A model generated the notes under the pieces. The model was not told the origin of the DNA, did not search any database, and saw only the letters and a program-made list of their open reading frames with translations. DNA of 63,557 nt, the filler included. It is 7 parts of 7 records of this genome, joined end to end, with 100 filler letters (N's around TTAATTAATTAA, not from the genome) between each part and the next. Parts side by side here need not be neighbours in the genome. Positions count along the whole stretch, not along the records: positions 19,356 to 34,677 come from SRR31156797_3486; 6 more parts are not named here. One strand, given 5' to 3'. Below are positions 19,622 to 29,268 of the stretch, one piece after another. Position 1 is the stretch's first letter. Every line of letters begins with the position of its first letter. A program made the translations under genes and the position numbers.

Positions 19622-20365
19622 ATGTTGCAGGTTCAGAACCTACAAAAATCTTTCGGGAAATTTATGGTGATCAGCGACGCCAGTTTTTCCGTTAAAAAAA
19701 ATGAGGTGGTGGCACTATTGGGGCCCAACGGCGCCGGGAAGACCACCATGGTCAACCTGATCAGCGGGCATCTTCCGCCCGATTCGGGAAAAATTCTCCT
19801 GGACGACCGGGACATCACCGGCGCACCGGCCCATGTTCGCATCGCCTTGGGCATCGCTCGTAATTTTCAGATCACACAACTCTTCGAGGAACTGAGCGTT
19901 CTGGACAATGTCCGCAACTGTATCTTTTCCACCGGAGGCAAGTCCGGGCGATTTTTTAAACCCGCCGGCGCCTACGGGCGGATGAAAGAGGAGGCCATGA
20001 ATATTCTGGAGACCTTCAACCTGGCTCAATTTTCTTCAGAGCCGGCCGGGGCCTTGAGTGAGGGAGACAAAAAGATTCTCGACACCGCCATGGCTTTTGC
20101 ACTCAAAGCCAAATTTCTTCTTCTGGATGAACCCACCAGCGGTGTCGCCACATCCGACAAGTTCAAGGTGATGGATACCATCATTTCGGCAATCCAAAAA
20201 CAAGGCACCGCGACCCTCATCATTGAACATGACATGGACATTGTAGCCGAATACACGGACCGCGTTATGGTTTTGGCCGAGGGCCGAATCCTGGCCGACG
20301 GCGCTTCATCAGAGGTTATGGAGAATAAAGAGGTAAAAGAGACGCTTTTCGGGGTGAGCGATTGA
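19622..20365 (+). CDS. HAAT-family ABC ATPase LivG-like
   Basis: GPNGAGKTT, GIARNFQ, LLLDEPTSG, IIEHDMD. Confidence 0.92.
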   Translation: MLQVQNLQKSFGKFMVISDASFSVKKNEVVALLGPNGAGKTTMVNLISGHLPPDSGKILLDDRDITGAPAHVRIALGIARNFQITQLFEELSVLDNVRNCIFSTGGKSGRFFKPAGAYGRMKEEAMNILETFNLAQFSSEPAGALSEGDKKILDTAMAFALKAKFLLLDEPTSGVATSDKFKVMDTIISAIQKQGTATLIIEHDMDIVAEYTDRVMVLAEGRILADGASSEVMENKEVKETLFGVSD

Positions 20366-20367
20366 CC

Positions 20368-21075
20368 ATGCTGCTATCAATGAAAAATCTGGATTTCTTC
20401 GTCCGCAGAACCCACATTTTGAGATCGGTATCACTGGAGGTGGGTGAAAAAGAAATTGTGGGGCTACTGGGACGAAACGGGGCGGGAAGAAGTTCCATCC
20501 TCAAATGTATCCTGGGGCTATATACGCCCCAATCGGGAAATATTTTCTTTAAGGAGAAGGAAATCAAGGACTGGCCCACCCGGAAGCGGATTCTTTACGG
20601 TTTGGCATATTCACCTGAGGACGCACGGGTTTTTCCCGAACTGAGCGTAAAGGAAAATGTGAAACTCTCCACCTGGATCATCGAAAAACGGCAGGATGGG
20701 AAAACCTTTGATCTTGAACAGGGATTTGAAATTTTCCCCAAACTGAGGGAACTCTGGGGACGAAAAGGGGGCAACCTCTCCGGCGGAGAAAAGAAGATGG
20801 TCTCCGTTACCCGGGCCCTGGCCCTGAAACCGGATCTGTTGCTCCTGGATGAGTCTTTTGAGGGGCTCTCGCCCCTGGTGGTCCGGCATTTCTCCGACGC
20901 CATGAGACGGATTCGGGACATGGGTATTTCCATCCTTTTGGCCGAATCCAACCTGGCCAATACGGCCCGGGTGGCGGATCGGGCTTATGTGGTTGAGCGG
21001 GGAGAAACCATATTTCAGGGAACGCCCGGAGAAATCGAAAAGGAGGAGAGTCTGAGCCTCATCCTGGGGCGCTAG
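20368..21075 (+). CDS. HAAT-family ABC ATPase LivF-like
   Basis: LLGRNGAGRSS (Walker A K>R), LSGGEKKM, LLLDES. Confidence 0.9.
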   Translation: MLLSMKNLDFFVRRTHILRSVSLEVGEKEIVGLLGRNGAGRSSILKCILGLYTPQSGNIFFKEKEIKDWPTRKRILYGLAYSPEDARVFPELSVKENVKLSTWIIEKRQDGKTFDLEQGFEIFPKLRELWGRKGGNLSGGEKKMVSVTRALALKPDLLLLDESFEGLSPLVVRHFSDAMRRIRDMGISILLAESNLANTARVADRAYVVERGETIFQGTPGEIEKEESLSLILGR

Positions 21076-21099
21076 AACCATCACATAAAGGAGATGATT

Positions 21100-22260
21100 A
21101 TGTTGGATAATATCAGTATTTTTAGAACAACACCCAGGATTGTCATGGGACCGGGCGCCGTCAGCGGCCTTGGCCGGGAAGTGCGGGATTTGAAAGCGGC
21201 CAGGACACTCATTGTTACCGATCCGGGGATCCTTCATGCGGGAATCCTTGCGCCTGTTGAGGCATCCCTCAAGGAAGCACGCGTCAAATATACGGTTTTC
21301 AGCCAAGTATCCCCCGATCCCCGGCATCAGACCGTTGAAGACTGTCTTTCGGCGGTGAAGGATTTCAAACCGACATGTGTCATCGGACTGGGGGGCGGCA
21401 GCCCCATCGACATCGCCAAGACCGTTGCGGTGATGCTTAAAAATTCCGGAGACATTATCGATTATTGCGGCATCGACCTGGTGCCCAAACCGGGACTCCC
21501 CACCATCATGATTCCCACAACGGCCGGAACCGGCAGTGAAGTCACGCCCATTGCCATCCTGTCGGACGAAGATGACAAACTCAAAAAAGGCGTGGTGAGC
21601 CCTCACCTGTTTCCGAAAGTGGCCCTGCTGGATCCTTTGCTCACCCTGGGACTTCCGGCGGCGGTCACCGCCGCAACGGGTATGGATGCCCTCATCCACG
21701 CCATAGAGGCCTTTACCAGCGTCAATGCCAATGACATGACGGACATGTTCGCCACAAGGGCCATCGAGTTGATTGCCGACAATCTGCGCACCGCCTATGC
21801 CCACGGAGAGAATCTCGACGCCCGATCGGCCATGCTTGAAGCAAGCCTTTTGGCGGGGATCGCCTTTGCCAATGCGGGGGTTACCGCAGTCCACGCCTTT
21901 GCCTATCCCATCGGGGCCGAATTTCACATTCCCCACGGCGTGGCCAACACCCTCATGCTGGCGGAAGTGATGCGATTCAATCTGGTGGGAAACCTGGCTA
22001 AATTCGCTGATATTGCGGCCATGATGGGTGAACCGGTGGATGGGCTATCCGATCGGCGGGCGGCCGAAGCGGCCGTGGATGCCGTGATGGTCCTGGCCCA
22101 GGATCTCCAGGTCCCCTCCAGCTTGGGTGAATTCGGGGTCACCGAAAACCACATTGACGATCTGGCTGAAGGGGTCATGAAGGTAACGCGGCTTCTGGCC
22201 AATAATCCGAGGGCCATGTCCCATAAGGATGCGGCGGATATCTATCGCCGGGTCCTCTGA
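21100..22260 (+). CDS. Iron-containing alcohol dehydrogenase (diol/4-hydroxybutyrate dehydrogenase family)
   Basis: GLGGGSPID, PTTAGTGSEVT, metal ligands DALIH, VHAFAY, PHGVAN. Confidence 0.92.
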   Translation: MLDNISIFRTTPRIVMGPGAVSGLGREVRDLKAARTLIVTDPGILHAGILAPVEASLKEARVKYTVFSQVSPDPRHQTVEDCLSAVKDFKPTCVIGLGGGSPIDIAKTVAVMLKNSGDIIDYCGIDLVPKPGLPTIMIPTTAGTGSEVTPIAILSDEDDKLKKGVVSPHLFPKVALLDPLLTLGLPAAVTAATGMDALIHAIEAFTSVNANDMTDMFATRAIELIADNLRTAYAHGENLDARSAMLEASLLAGIAFANAGVTAVHAFAYPIGAEFHIPHGVANTLMLAEVMRFNLVGNLAKFADIAAMMGEPVDGLSDRRAAEAAVDAVMVLAQDLQVPSSLGEFGVTENHIDDLAEGVMKVTRLLANNPRAMSHKDAADIYRRVL

Positions 22261-22422
22261 AAGGCGCCATGAAAACCCGCATGAACATCGATTCCAATAC
22301 CCGCGAACAATTACAAAAAGAAAGGAGGCTATAGACCAACCAAGGCTTGGGGATACTCAAAAAGGAAGCTCATGAATTGATTTTCCAACAAGAACGAAGG
22401 TTAACGGAGAGGAGGGAATAAA

Positions 22423-23322
22423 ATGGGTGTTTCAAGGAGAGACTTTTTTAAGGTATGTGGGGGTACGGCCGCTGCTCTGGGGCTTTCCAATCTCAAACCA
22501 TTCCAGGTCTTGGCATCGGAACCCGGTAATGTAAAGGTTTACGCCTTTATCTGCGGCATTTTGAAAACGCAGACCCAATACCTGTTGAAGGATTATCAGA
22601 TTGGAGTTCCCTTTAACATTCCCGTACCGTTTTTTCTCATCAAACACGGCGGTTCATGGGTGGCCTATGATACCGGCAACAACCTGGGCGTTGCCGAGGA
22701 TCCCATTAAGTATTGGGGCAAGGCCGTTACAGACGCATACATGCCCGTCATGAAACCGTATGAACTATTCAAGGTCCAGATCAGCCGGCTGGGACTCAAA
22801 CCCAAGGATATCAAGTGCGTCATTTTGAGCCACGGACATTTGGATCATGCCGGCGCCATTGACAATTTTGTCGGCACGGATGTACCGCTCTATTTTCAGA
22901 ACAGGGAGCTTACAATCATTAAGGATGCGGTGGCCGCCGGAAAGAAAACCGCCTACATCCCTGATGATTTTAAACAGATGAACCAACTGAACATACAAGG
23001 GATTGACGGGGCTTTTGACGTTTTCGGCGATCAGACGGTGGTCGCCTTTCCAACCCCCGGACATACCGAAGGACACCAGTCCGTGTTTGTGAAAACCGGA
23101 AACGGAAAAAGCATGGTCCTGACCCAGGATGCCTGTTATACCATGGCCAATATGATGGCCGCCATACCGCCGGGTCTGTATTGGGATATCCCCCAGGCCA
23201 TGACGGCCCTTTATACTTTTAAGGTCATGCAATGCATGGGCGCCCAGATTGTCCCGGCCCATGATCCTGATTTCTGGAAGAATAAACCTCTCGGGCCTGA
23301 AACGCTTAGCTACCTGGGTTAA
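22423..23322 (+). CDS. Tat-exported metallo-beta-lactamase-fold lactonase (AiiA/AttM-BlcC family)
   Basis: Tat signal SRRDFFK; SHGHLDHAG (HxHxDH), TPGHTEGHQS, QDACY (DxxY), AHD. Confidence 0.87.
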   Translation: MGVSRRDFFKVCGGTAAALGLSNLKPFQVLASEPGNVKVYAFICGILKTQTQYLLKDYQIGVPFNIPVPFFLIKHGGSWVAYDTGNNLGVAEDPIKYWGKAVTDAYMPVMKPYELFKVQISRLGLKPKDIKCVILSHGHLDHAGAIDNFVGTDVPLYFQNRELTIIKDAVAAGKKTAYIPDDFKQMNQLNIQGIDGAFDVFGDQTVVAFPTPGHTEGHQSVFVKTGNGKSMVLTQDACYTMANMMAAIPPGLYWDIPQAMTALYTFKVMQCMGAQIVPAHDPDFWKNKPLGPETLSYLG

Positions 23323-23665
23323 GAGTGATCCGGATTTTACGGGCCACGTGAACGTCCGGATGGCGGAGCCCTATCCCCGGAAGATCGGCGCATGGATAAG
23401 GCTCCGGGCCACCCCGGGCCGTAAGCGCATGCATCCATTAAAATTGTGAAACTCGTGCTATACATTTCTGCCCCCATATGAAATGATGAAACGGGGTTGG
23501 CCCAAAAAAGGCATGTTTTTTGGTTGATCATCACCCTTTTTTGGCAGACGATTGCAGCATGACGCTGAATGCCATCCCCGTATTGTCCGTTGCGGAAAAA
23601 ACCAAGTTTTCAAAAATCACCGACAGAACTGTAATGATTTCATTTGCAAGGGAGAAATGGCGCCT

Positions 23666-24424
23666 ATGGAAATTTTTGATTTAACCGGCAGGGTTGCCAT
23701 GGTGACCGGCAGCACCAAAGGGCTTGGGGAAAATTCCGCCATGGCGCTGGCCAAGGCCGGCGCGGATGTGGCCGTTTGTGGAAGAGACACCGCCGACCTG
23801 AAGCGGGTTTCCGAGACGATTAAGGGCTTGGGGAGAGATTCCGAAGGGTTCGCCTTTGATGTCACATCCAAAACAAGCGTCCATGAAGGCGTGGACAAAA
23901 TTCTAAAGCGGTTTGGAAAAATCGATATTCTCATGAATAACGCCGGCCTGAACCATCGGGAGCCCGTGGTTGATTACCCGGAAGAAGCCTGGGATCTGGT
24001 CATCAACACCAATCTTAAAGGGTACTTTCTGGTGACCCAGGCGGTGGCGCCGCACATGTTGGATCGGGGCTACGGAAAGGTCATCAATATAAGCTCCATT
24101 CTGGGAAAGATTGCGCTACCGAACCAGTTGGCTTACGCTTCCGCCAAAGGCGGCGTGGAGCAGATGACCAAGGTGATGGCGCTGGAATGGGCCAAGCAGG
24201 GCGTACGTGTCAATGCCATCGGTCCCACCTATTTTGAAACCGAGATGGTGAAACCGATTCGTAACGACCCGGAGCGATTCAATTTTATCAACACACGGAC
24301 GCCCATGGGCCGCTGGGGATACTTACCGGAGATGGAGGGGATCGTCATTTTTCTGGCGGCGCCCGCCTCCGACTTCATTACCGGGCAGACCATCTACATT
24401 GACGGTGGCTGGACCATCTGTTGA
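23666..24424 (+). CDS. Classical short-chain dehydrogenase/reductase (gluconate 5-dehydrogenase/KduD-like)
   Basis: TGSTKGLG, NNAG, YASAK, RTPMGRWG, DGGW. Confidence 0.9.
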   Translation: MEIFDLTGRVAMVTGSTKGLGENSAMALAKAGADVAVCGRDTADLKRVSETIKGLGRDSEGFAFDVTSKTSVHEGVDKILKRFGKIDILMNNAGLNHREPVVDYPEEAWDLVINTNLKGYFLVTQAVAPHMLDRGYGKVINISSILGKIALPNQLAYASAKGGVEQMTKVMALEWAKQGVRVNAIGPTYFETEMVKPIRNDPERFNFINTRTPMGRWGYLPEMEGIVIFLAAPASDFITGQTIYIDGGWTIC

Positions 24425-24441
24425 TGATTCAAGAGGATACA

Positions 24442-26112
24442 ATGGAATCCGTTTATGAAAAAAGGCCGTGGCTGAAAAATTACCCGGACCGCGTCCCCCA
24501 TGATCTTAATATCACCAACGAGACGGCTCTCGGAGACTTCGAGAAGAGCGCCGCTCGTAACCCTGACGCACCGGCCATATACTATTTCGATCATGGGATA
24601 TCCTTCAAGCTGGTGGACCGGTTTTCGGATCAACTGGCCGCGGCTTTTGGAAACTTAGGGCTGAAAAAAGGGGATCGGATCATCCTGGATCTTCAGAATG
24701 TCCCCCAGTTCCCCATTGCCGCCTATGCGGCATGGAAGCTGGGAGCCATCGTGGTGCCCGTGAACCCCATGCACAAGGAAAAGGAACTGGCCTATTTCTG
24801 CAATGATTCCGGTGCCAGGCTCTTTTTGACCCTCGATGAAATCGCAAACAATCTGGACCTTTCCTTTCTGAAAAACACATGCGTCGAAAAACTCGTTACC
24901 ACCTCGCCTCTCGATTTTCTGCCTCCCGGCGCCGATCCTCCGGTCCTTTTGAAGGGTGCGGAAAAGATCACTGTCCCGGGTACCCTCGACATGCTTGAGA
25001 TGATCGAGGCATTTCAAGGCAAATCACCCCATGACCCAGGCGTTACCCCCCAAGACGTGGCGTATTTGACCTATACCTCTGGGACCACCGGTCCTCCCAA
25101 GGGCGCCATGAACACCCACGGCAACATCGCCTTCAATGCCCGCGTGTACCGGACCATGCAGCGCATCGATTCCCATGATGTGGTGCTCGGCGTGGCCCCC
25201 CTGTTTCATGTGACGGGGGAGGTGGCCCATCTGGCCGTCGCCGCCCTTTCGGGGATACCGCTGGTGCTCTATTACCGCTTTGACCCGGCCGAAACCCTTC
25301 GTCTTATTGAACGATGGAAGGTGACGGTAACGGTGGCTTCCATTACCGTTTACATTGCTCTCTTAAACCATCCGGATATCAAGAAAAGAGACATCTCAAG
25401 CTTTGTCAAAGCCTATAGCGGTGGGGCCCCGGTCTCGGAAGCGGTCGTGAAGGAATTTGAGGAGACAACGGGTCTGTATCTCTATAATGTCTACGGCATG
25501 ACGGAAACCAACTCCCCATCACATATTGTGCCCTGGGGAGCAAAGGCCCCGGTGGACCCGCAAAGCGGCGCCCTCTCGGTGGGGGTTCCGGTTCCCGGCT
25601 GCGTCATGAAAATAATGGATCTGGAGGAAGGGACCCGGGAGCTATCACCCGGAGAAGTGGGCGAAATCGTTGATTCCGGTCCCATCGTGACACCCGGATA
25701 CTGGCGGAAGCCGGAAGAGACAAAGCACGCCATCCGTAATGGCTGGCTTTATACGGGCGATGTGGGCAAGATGGATGGGGACGGCTGGTTCTATCTGGTG
25801 GATCGCAAGAAAGATATGATTGTCGCCTCCGGCTACAAGGTCTGGCCCCGGGATGTGGAAGATGTGATCTATCAGCATCCTTCAGTAAAAGAAGCCGCCG
25901 TTGTGGGGGAACCCGATCCCTACAGGGGGGAGACGGTGAAGGCCTTTGTTGCGTTGAAAGAAGGGATGGAGACTTCCGTAACACCCGAGGAAATCATTTC
26001 ATTTTGCAAAGCCCGCATGGCCGCCTATAAATACCCGCGACAGGTGGAGTTTGTTGAAGAAATCCCCAAGACCCTGACGGGCAAGTTCCTCCGCCGGGAA
26101 CTGAGAGAGTAA
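24442..26112 (+). CDS. Acyl-CoA synthetase (AMP-forming, FadD-like)
   Basis: TYTSGTTGPPKG, YGMTE, TGDVG, DRKKDMI, PKTLTGK. Confidence 0.93.
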   Translation: MESVYEKRPWLKNYPDRVPHDLNITNETALGDFEKSAARNPDAPAIYYFDHGISFKLVDRFSDQLAAAFGNLGLKKGDRIILDLQNVPQFPIAAYAAWKLGAIVVPVNPMHKEKELAYFCNDSGARLFLTLDEIANNLDLSFLKNTCVEKLVTTSPLDFLPPGADPPVLLKGAEKITVPGTLDMLEMIEAFQGKSPHDPGVTPQDVAYLTYTSGTTGPPKGAMNTHGNIAFNARVYRTMQRIDSHDVVLGVAPLFHVTGEVAHLAVAALSGIPLVLYYRFDPAETLRLIERWKVTVTVASITVYIALLNHPDIKKRDISSFVKAYSGGAPVSEAVVKEFEETTGLYLYNVYGMTETNSPSHIVPWGAKAPVDPQSGALSVGVPVPGCVMKIMDLEEGTRELSPGEVGEIVDSGPIVTPGYWRKPEETKHAIRNGWLYTGDVGKMDGDGWFYLVDRKKDMIVASGYKVWPRDVEDVIYQHPSVKEAAVVGEPDPYRGETVKAFVALKEGMETSVTPEEIISFCKARMAAYKYPRQVEFVEEIPKTLTGKFLRRELRE

Positions 26113-26143
26113 AGAACATCGTAAAACCAGTAAAGGAGCCATC

Positions 26144-27598
26144 ATGAAACTCAAAAACGGGCCGGAATATATGGAAAGCCTCAGGGAATTACATCCGATA
26201 ATCTACTATAAGGGGAAGAAAATAGAGGATGTAACCCTCCACCCGGCCACGGCCCCCCATGTGCGTGCCGCGGCCATGACCTATGCCCTGGCCGGTGACG
26301 ACGAATATAAGGATCTGGCCACGACCACTTCCCACTTGACCGGGAGGACCATCGGCCGTTTTACCCATGTACACCAAAACATCGAAGACCTGATCAAAAA
26401 GGTCAAGCTCCTGCGGGTGCTGGGCCAGAAAACGGCCACCTGTTTTCAGCGGTGCGTAGGACATGACGGCATCAACGCCACCTATTCGGTGGTCTATGAA
26501 ATCGATAAAAAGTTGGGCACCGATTATTTTGAACGGTTTAAAAGATGGCTGATCCATATCCAGGACGAAAATCTCATGGTGGTGGGGGCCATGACCGATC
26601 CCAAGGGGGACCGAAGCAAATCCCCCGCGGACCAGCCGGATCCCGACCAGTATGTTCGCGTGGTGGAGCGGCGGGATGACGGCATCGTCATCCGGGGTGC
26701 CAAGATCCATATGACGGGGGCCGTAAACTCCCATGAAATCCTGGTCATGCCCACCACGGCCATGGATGATCGGGCTAAGGATTATTCCATTGTCTGCGCC
26801 GTTCCGGTGGATGCCCCCGGGATCACCATGATTTTCGGCCGCCAGGCCAATGATTACCGCCGTGATTTTGAGGAACGCATTGATGTGGGCAAACCGTCCT
26901 TCGGGTCCGTGGGCGGAGAAGCGGTGATCGCCTTTGAAGATGTGTTTGTACCCACAGAAAGGGTATTCATGGATGGTGAGGTCGAGTTTGCGGGAGACCT
27001 GGTTTATCGGTTTGCGGCGCACCACCGGGCCAATTACGGTGCCTGCAAGACCGGCCTCATGGATGTACTCACGGGCGCCGTCAGCTACCTGGCCCAGATT
27101 CAGGGTACGGCCAAAGCGTCACATGTGAAAGACAAGGTCACGGAGATGATCCATTTATCCGAGACCCTCTACAGCTCCTCCATCGCCTGCTCGGCCGAAG
27201 GGGCGCCGACCCCTTCGGGCGCCTACATGGTGGATACCATGCTGGCCAATGTGTGCAAACAGAATGTCACCCGGTTCCATTTTGAGATCGCCCGTCTGGC
27301 CGTGGACCTGGCGGGCGGTTTCCTCGCAACCCTTCCCAGCCAGTATGATCTGGAAAGTGAAGAGGTGGGCCATCTGGTGAAGAAGTATTTTTCAGGTGTG
27401 GAAGGGATCCCCACGGAACACCGCATCAAGATCGCCCGGCTCATCGAGGCCATGACCGGCGGCACCACCCTGGTGGAATCCATGCACGGCGCCGGTTCGC
27501 CCCAGGCCCAGCGGGTGATGATTTTCAGGGAAGGTGAATTGGGAAAGAAAATCAAGCTTGCCAAAAAATTACTGGGGATCCCCGCGGGGAAAACCTAA
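26144..27598 (+). CDS. abfD: 4-hydroxybutyryl-CoA dehydratase / vinylacetyl-CoA isomerase
   Basis: [4Fe-4S] ligand motifs CFQRCVG and HRANYGACK (His/Tyr/Cys), GAMTDPKGDRS, ESMHGAGSPQAQR. Confidence 0.9.
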   Translation: MKLKNGPEYMESLRELHPIIYYKGKKIEDVTLHPATAPHVRAAAMTYALAGDDEYKDLATTTSHLTGRTIGRFTHVHQNIEDLIKKVKLLRVLGQKTATCFQRCVGHDGINATYSVVYEIDKKLGTDYFERFKRWLIHIQDENLMVVGAMTDPKGDRSKSPADQPDPDQYVRVVERRDDGIVIRGAKIHMTGAVNSHEILVMPTTAMDDRAKDYSIVCAVPVDAPGITMIFGRQANDYRRDFEERIDVGKPSFGSVGGEAVIAFEDVFVPTERVFMDGEVEFAGDLVYRFAAHHRANYGACKTGLMDVLTGAVSYLAQIQGTAKASHVKDKVTEMIHLSETLYSSSIACSAEGAPTPSGAYMVDTMLANVCKQNVTRFHFEIARLAVDLAGGFLATLPSQYDLESEEVGHLVKKYFSGVEGIPTEHRIKIARLIEAMTGGTTLVESMHGAGSPQAQRVMIFREGELGKKIKLAKKLLGIPAGKT

Positions 27599-27623
27599 GC
27601 AAGGAACTTTAAGCGTCTTCGGG

Positions 27624-28109
27624 TCAATGGGCAACGACCGCCCTTTCAAAATGGATCAGCCGCTCCTTCATTGCCAATCCGTGGGCGAAGCCGACCAGTT
27701 TTCCGTTTGTCCCGATTACCCTGTGGCACGGTATGATGAGAGGAATGGGATTTCTGCTGTTGGCCATACCCACGGCCCTTGCGGCATTTTCATTCCCCAT
27801 GGCCCCGGCGATCTCCTTGTAGGTACGAAGTTCGCCATAGGGAATTCCGGTTAATGCCTTCCACACTTTCTTCTGAAATTCCGTTCCCCGGGGATCGATG
27901 GTCACATTGAATGTTTTTCGTGTTCCATTGCAGTACCCGGTGATCTGACCCGTCGTATCCGAAAAAAAACCATCGTTTCGAACCCACTCATCGGCTATTT
28001 CAAATAACCTCTTGCCCTCCCCGGTGTTTAAATGAAGATGGGTCAATCCCCCTTCGTTCCCCACCAGAATCATTTCACAAAACGGCGTATGGAATCTTGT
28101 ATAATACAT
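27624..28109 (-). CDS. ogt: Methylated-DNA-protein-cysteine methyltransferase
   Basis: GTEFQKKVW, IPYGE, ARAVG, IPCHRVIG. Confidence 0.95.
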   Translation of the reverse strand: MYYTRFHTPFCEMILVGNEGGLTHLHLNTGEGKRLFEIADEWVRNDGFFSDTTGQITGYCNGTRKTFNVTIDPRGTEFQKKVWKALTGIPYGELRTYKEIAGAMGNENAARAVGMANSRNPIPLIIPCHRVIGTNGKLVGFAHGLAMKERLIHFERAVVAH

Positions 28110-28682
28110 TCGGTATATCACCTTTGTTCCTTTATGTTTTTTGACAGTTAACGGATTTGACGGTGCAAAATTGTAAATGAGTGCTCAGCCTCGTATATTA
28201 AGTTCAGCAGAATTGATAGAACCGTGAAAATAGGAAATTGCGAAAAGATGCCTACCCATGCTCTTCATCAAAGGATCTATCATCTTAATCGTTCTATGGG
28301 CGCCGGGGAAATCGTATGTTTTTTCAAAATCATATAAGTTGTCTCACAGCTTTTTGATAGTGATACCGAACCTGATTGACGTTTTTCCAGGCACAATATG
28401 TGGGGGTTGATCCGTTTTCGGATCATCCCATCCCAGGAAAGGATTTCTTGCATCAAATCAGCATCGCACATGCGTCAAAACTATGCAACACTGGCAGATG
28501 AATTATTGAATTCGAGCCTGAGATACGTTGGAGATATTCAAACTATTGGATTTAGGCAAATTGGTGTGGTTCTATCCCAGCAGCAAGCCCAATATTCCGT
28601 CTTTAAACTTTGGGTAGGTCGAACCGTAACGCCATAGTGATTCTCGTTCAGGGTCAAGAATTCCGAAAAATCAAATTTCTTC

Positions 28683-28738
28683 TTGACAACCTCATTGTCA
28701 AGTTTTAATGTGTCCATAAGATGACAAGCGGGTTGTCA
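28683..28738 (+). promoter_or_regulatory. Two TGACAA-N5-TTGTCA palindromes (probable MarR operators) over a sigma70 promoter
   Basis: TTGACAAcctcaTTGTCAA 28683-28701 and TGACAAgcgggTTGTCA 28722-28738; TTGACA-N17-TAATGT. Confidence 0.75.
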
Positions 28739-28779
28739 AAAATGAATTCGAAATTTAAAAGATAATAAAGGAAGTTGTC

Positions 28780-29268
28780 ATGAATTCTGAAAAAATGAAC
28801 AATAGACTGGATTCTCCGGATGTAAATCTGATGCCCCCTGCGGTTTTCTTTTCATGCCTGGTTTTGGGCGGTGTTTTGGAATTTATTTTTCCCATTAACC
28901 TTAACTGGCTTACATTTCCAATACGATTGATTCTTGGATTTGTCGTCGGCGCTTTAGGATTTGCTTTTATGATGCTTGCCCATGAAAAATTTAAAAGAGT
29001 CGGGACACAGGTGCCTACAAACCAGCCTGCGAGTACCTTGGTGATTCAAGGCGCCTACCGTTTTAGCCGAAACCCCATGTATCTGGGCGGTATTTCATTT
29101 TTCATCGGCATGGGAATCAGTGTTGGCAGTCTTTGGATTTTAGCCACCGGTCTTATGTTTTTTGGCTATATTTCCCTTTATGTGGTCCCCCGTGAGGAAG
29201 CTTATATGGAAAGAACTTTTGGGCAGGCATACCAGGATTACTGCCGAAATGTCCGGCGGTGGCTGTAA
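28780..29268 (+). CDS. Isoprenylcysteine carboxylmethyltransferase (ICMT/PEMT)-family membrane protein
   Basis: LVIQGAYRFSRNPMYLG, REEAYMERTFGQAYQDYCRNVRRWL. Confidence 0.88.
   Translation: MNSEKMNNRLDSPDVNLMPPAVFFSCLVLGGVLEFIFPINLNWLTFPIRLILGFVVGALGFAFMMLAHEKFKRVGTQVPTNQPASTLVIQGAYRFSRNPMYLGGISFFIGMGISVGSLWILATGLMFFGYISLYVVPREEAYMERTFGQAYQDYCRNVRRWL

Noticed and set aside
20611-21936. 441-aa minus-strand ORF and many other long antisense ORFs in the GC-rich contigs
   Set aside because: Shadows of well-supported genes on the opposite strand, with no recognisable motifs
23497-23556. Sigma54-like motifs upstream of the SDR gene
   Set aside because: TGGC-N8-GC at 23498 lacks the conserved TT before GC, and TGGCAGACGATTGC has 9-nt rather than 10-nt spacing
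26144-27598. 4-hydroxyphenylacetate 3-hydroxylase annotation, or evidence of autotrophic 4-hydroxybutyrate carbon fixation
   Set aside because: The Fe-S ligands identify the dehydratase branch of the family; the importer and lactonase context points to catabolism
28200-28670. Short ORFs between ogt and the ICMT gene
   Set aside because: No recognisable domain or RBS; may be decayed sequence but cannot be supported
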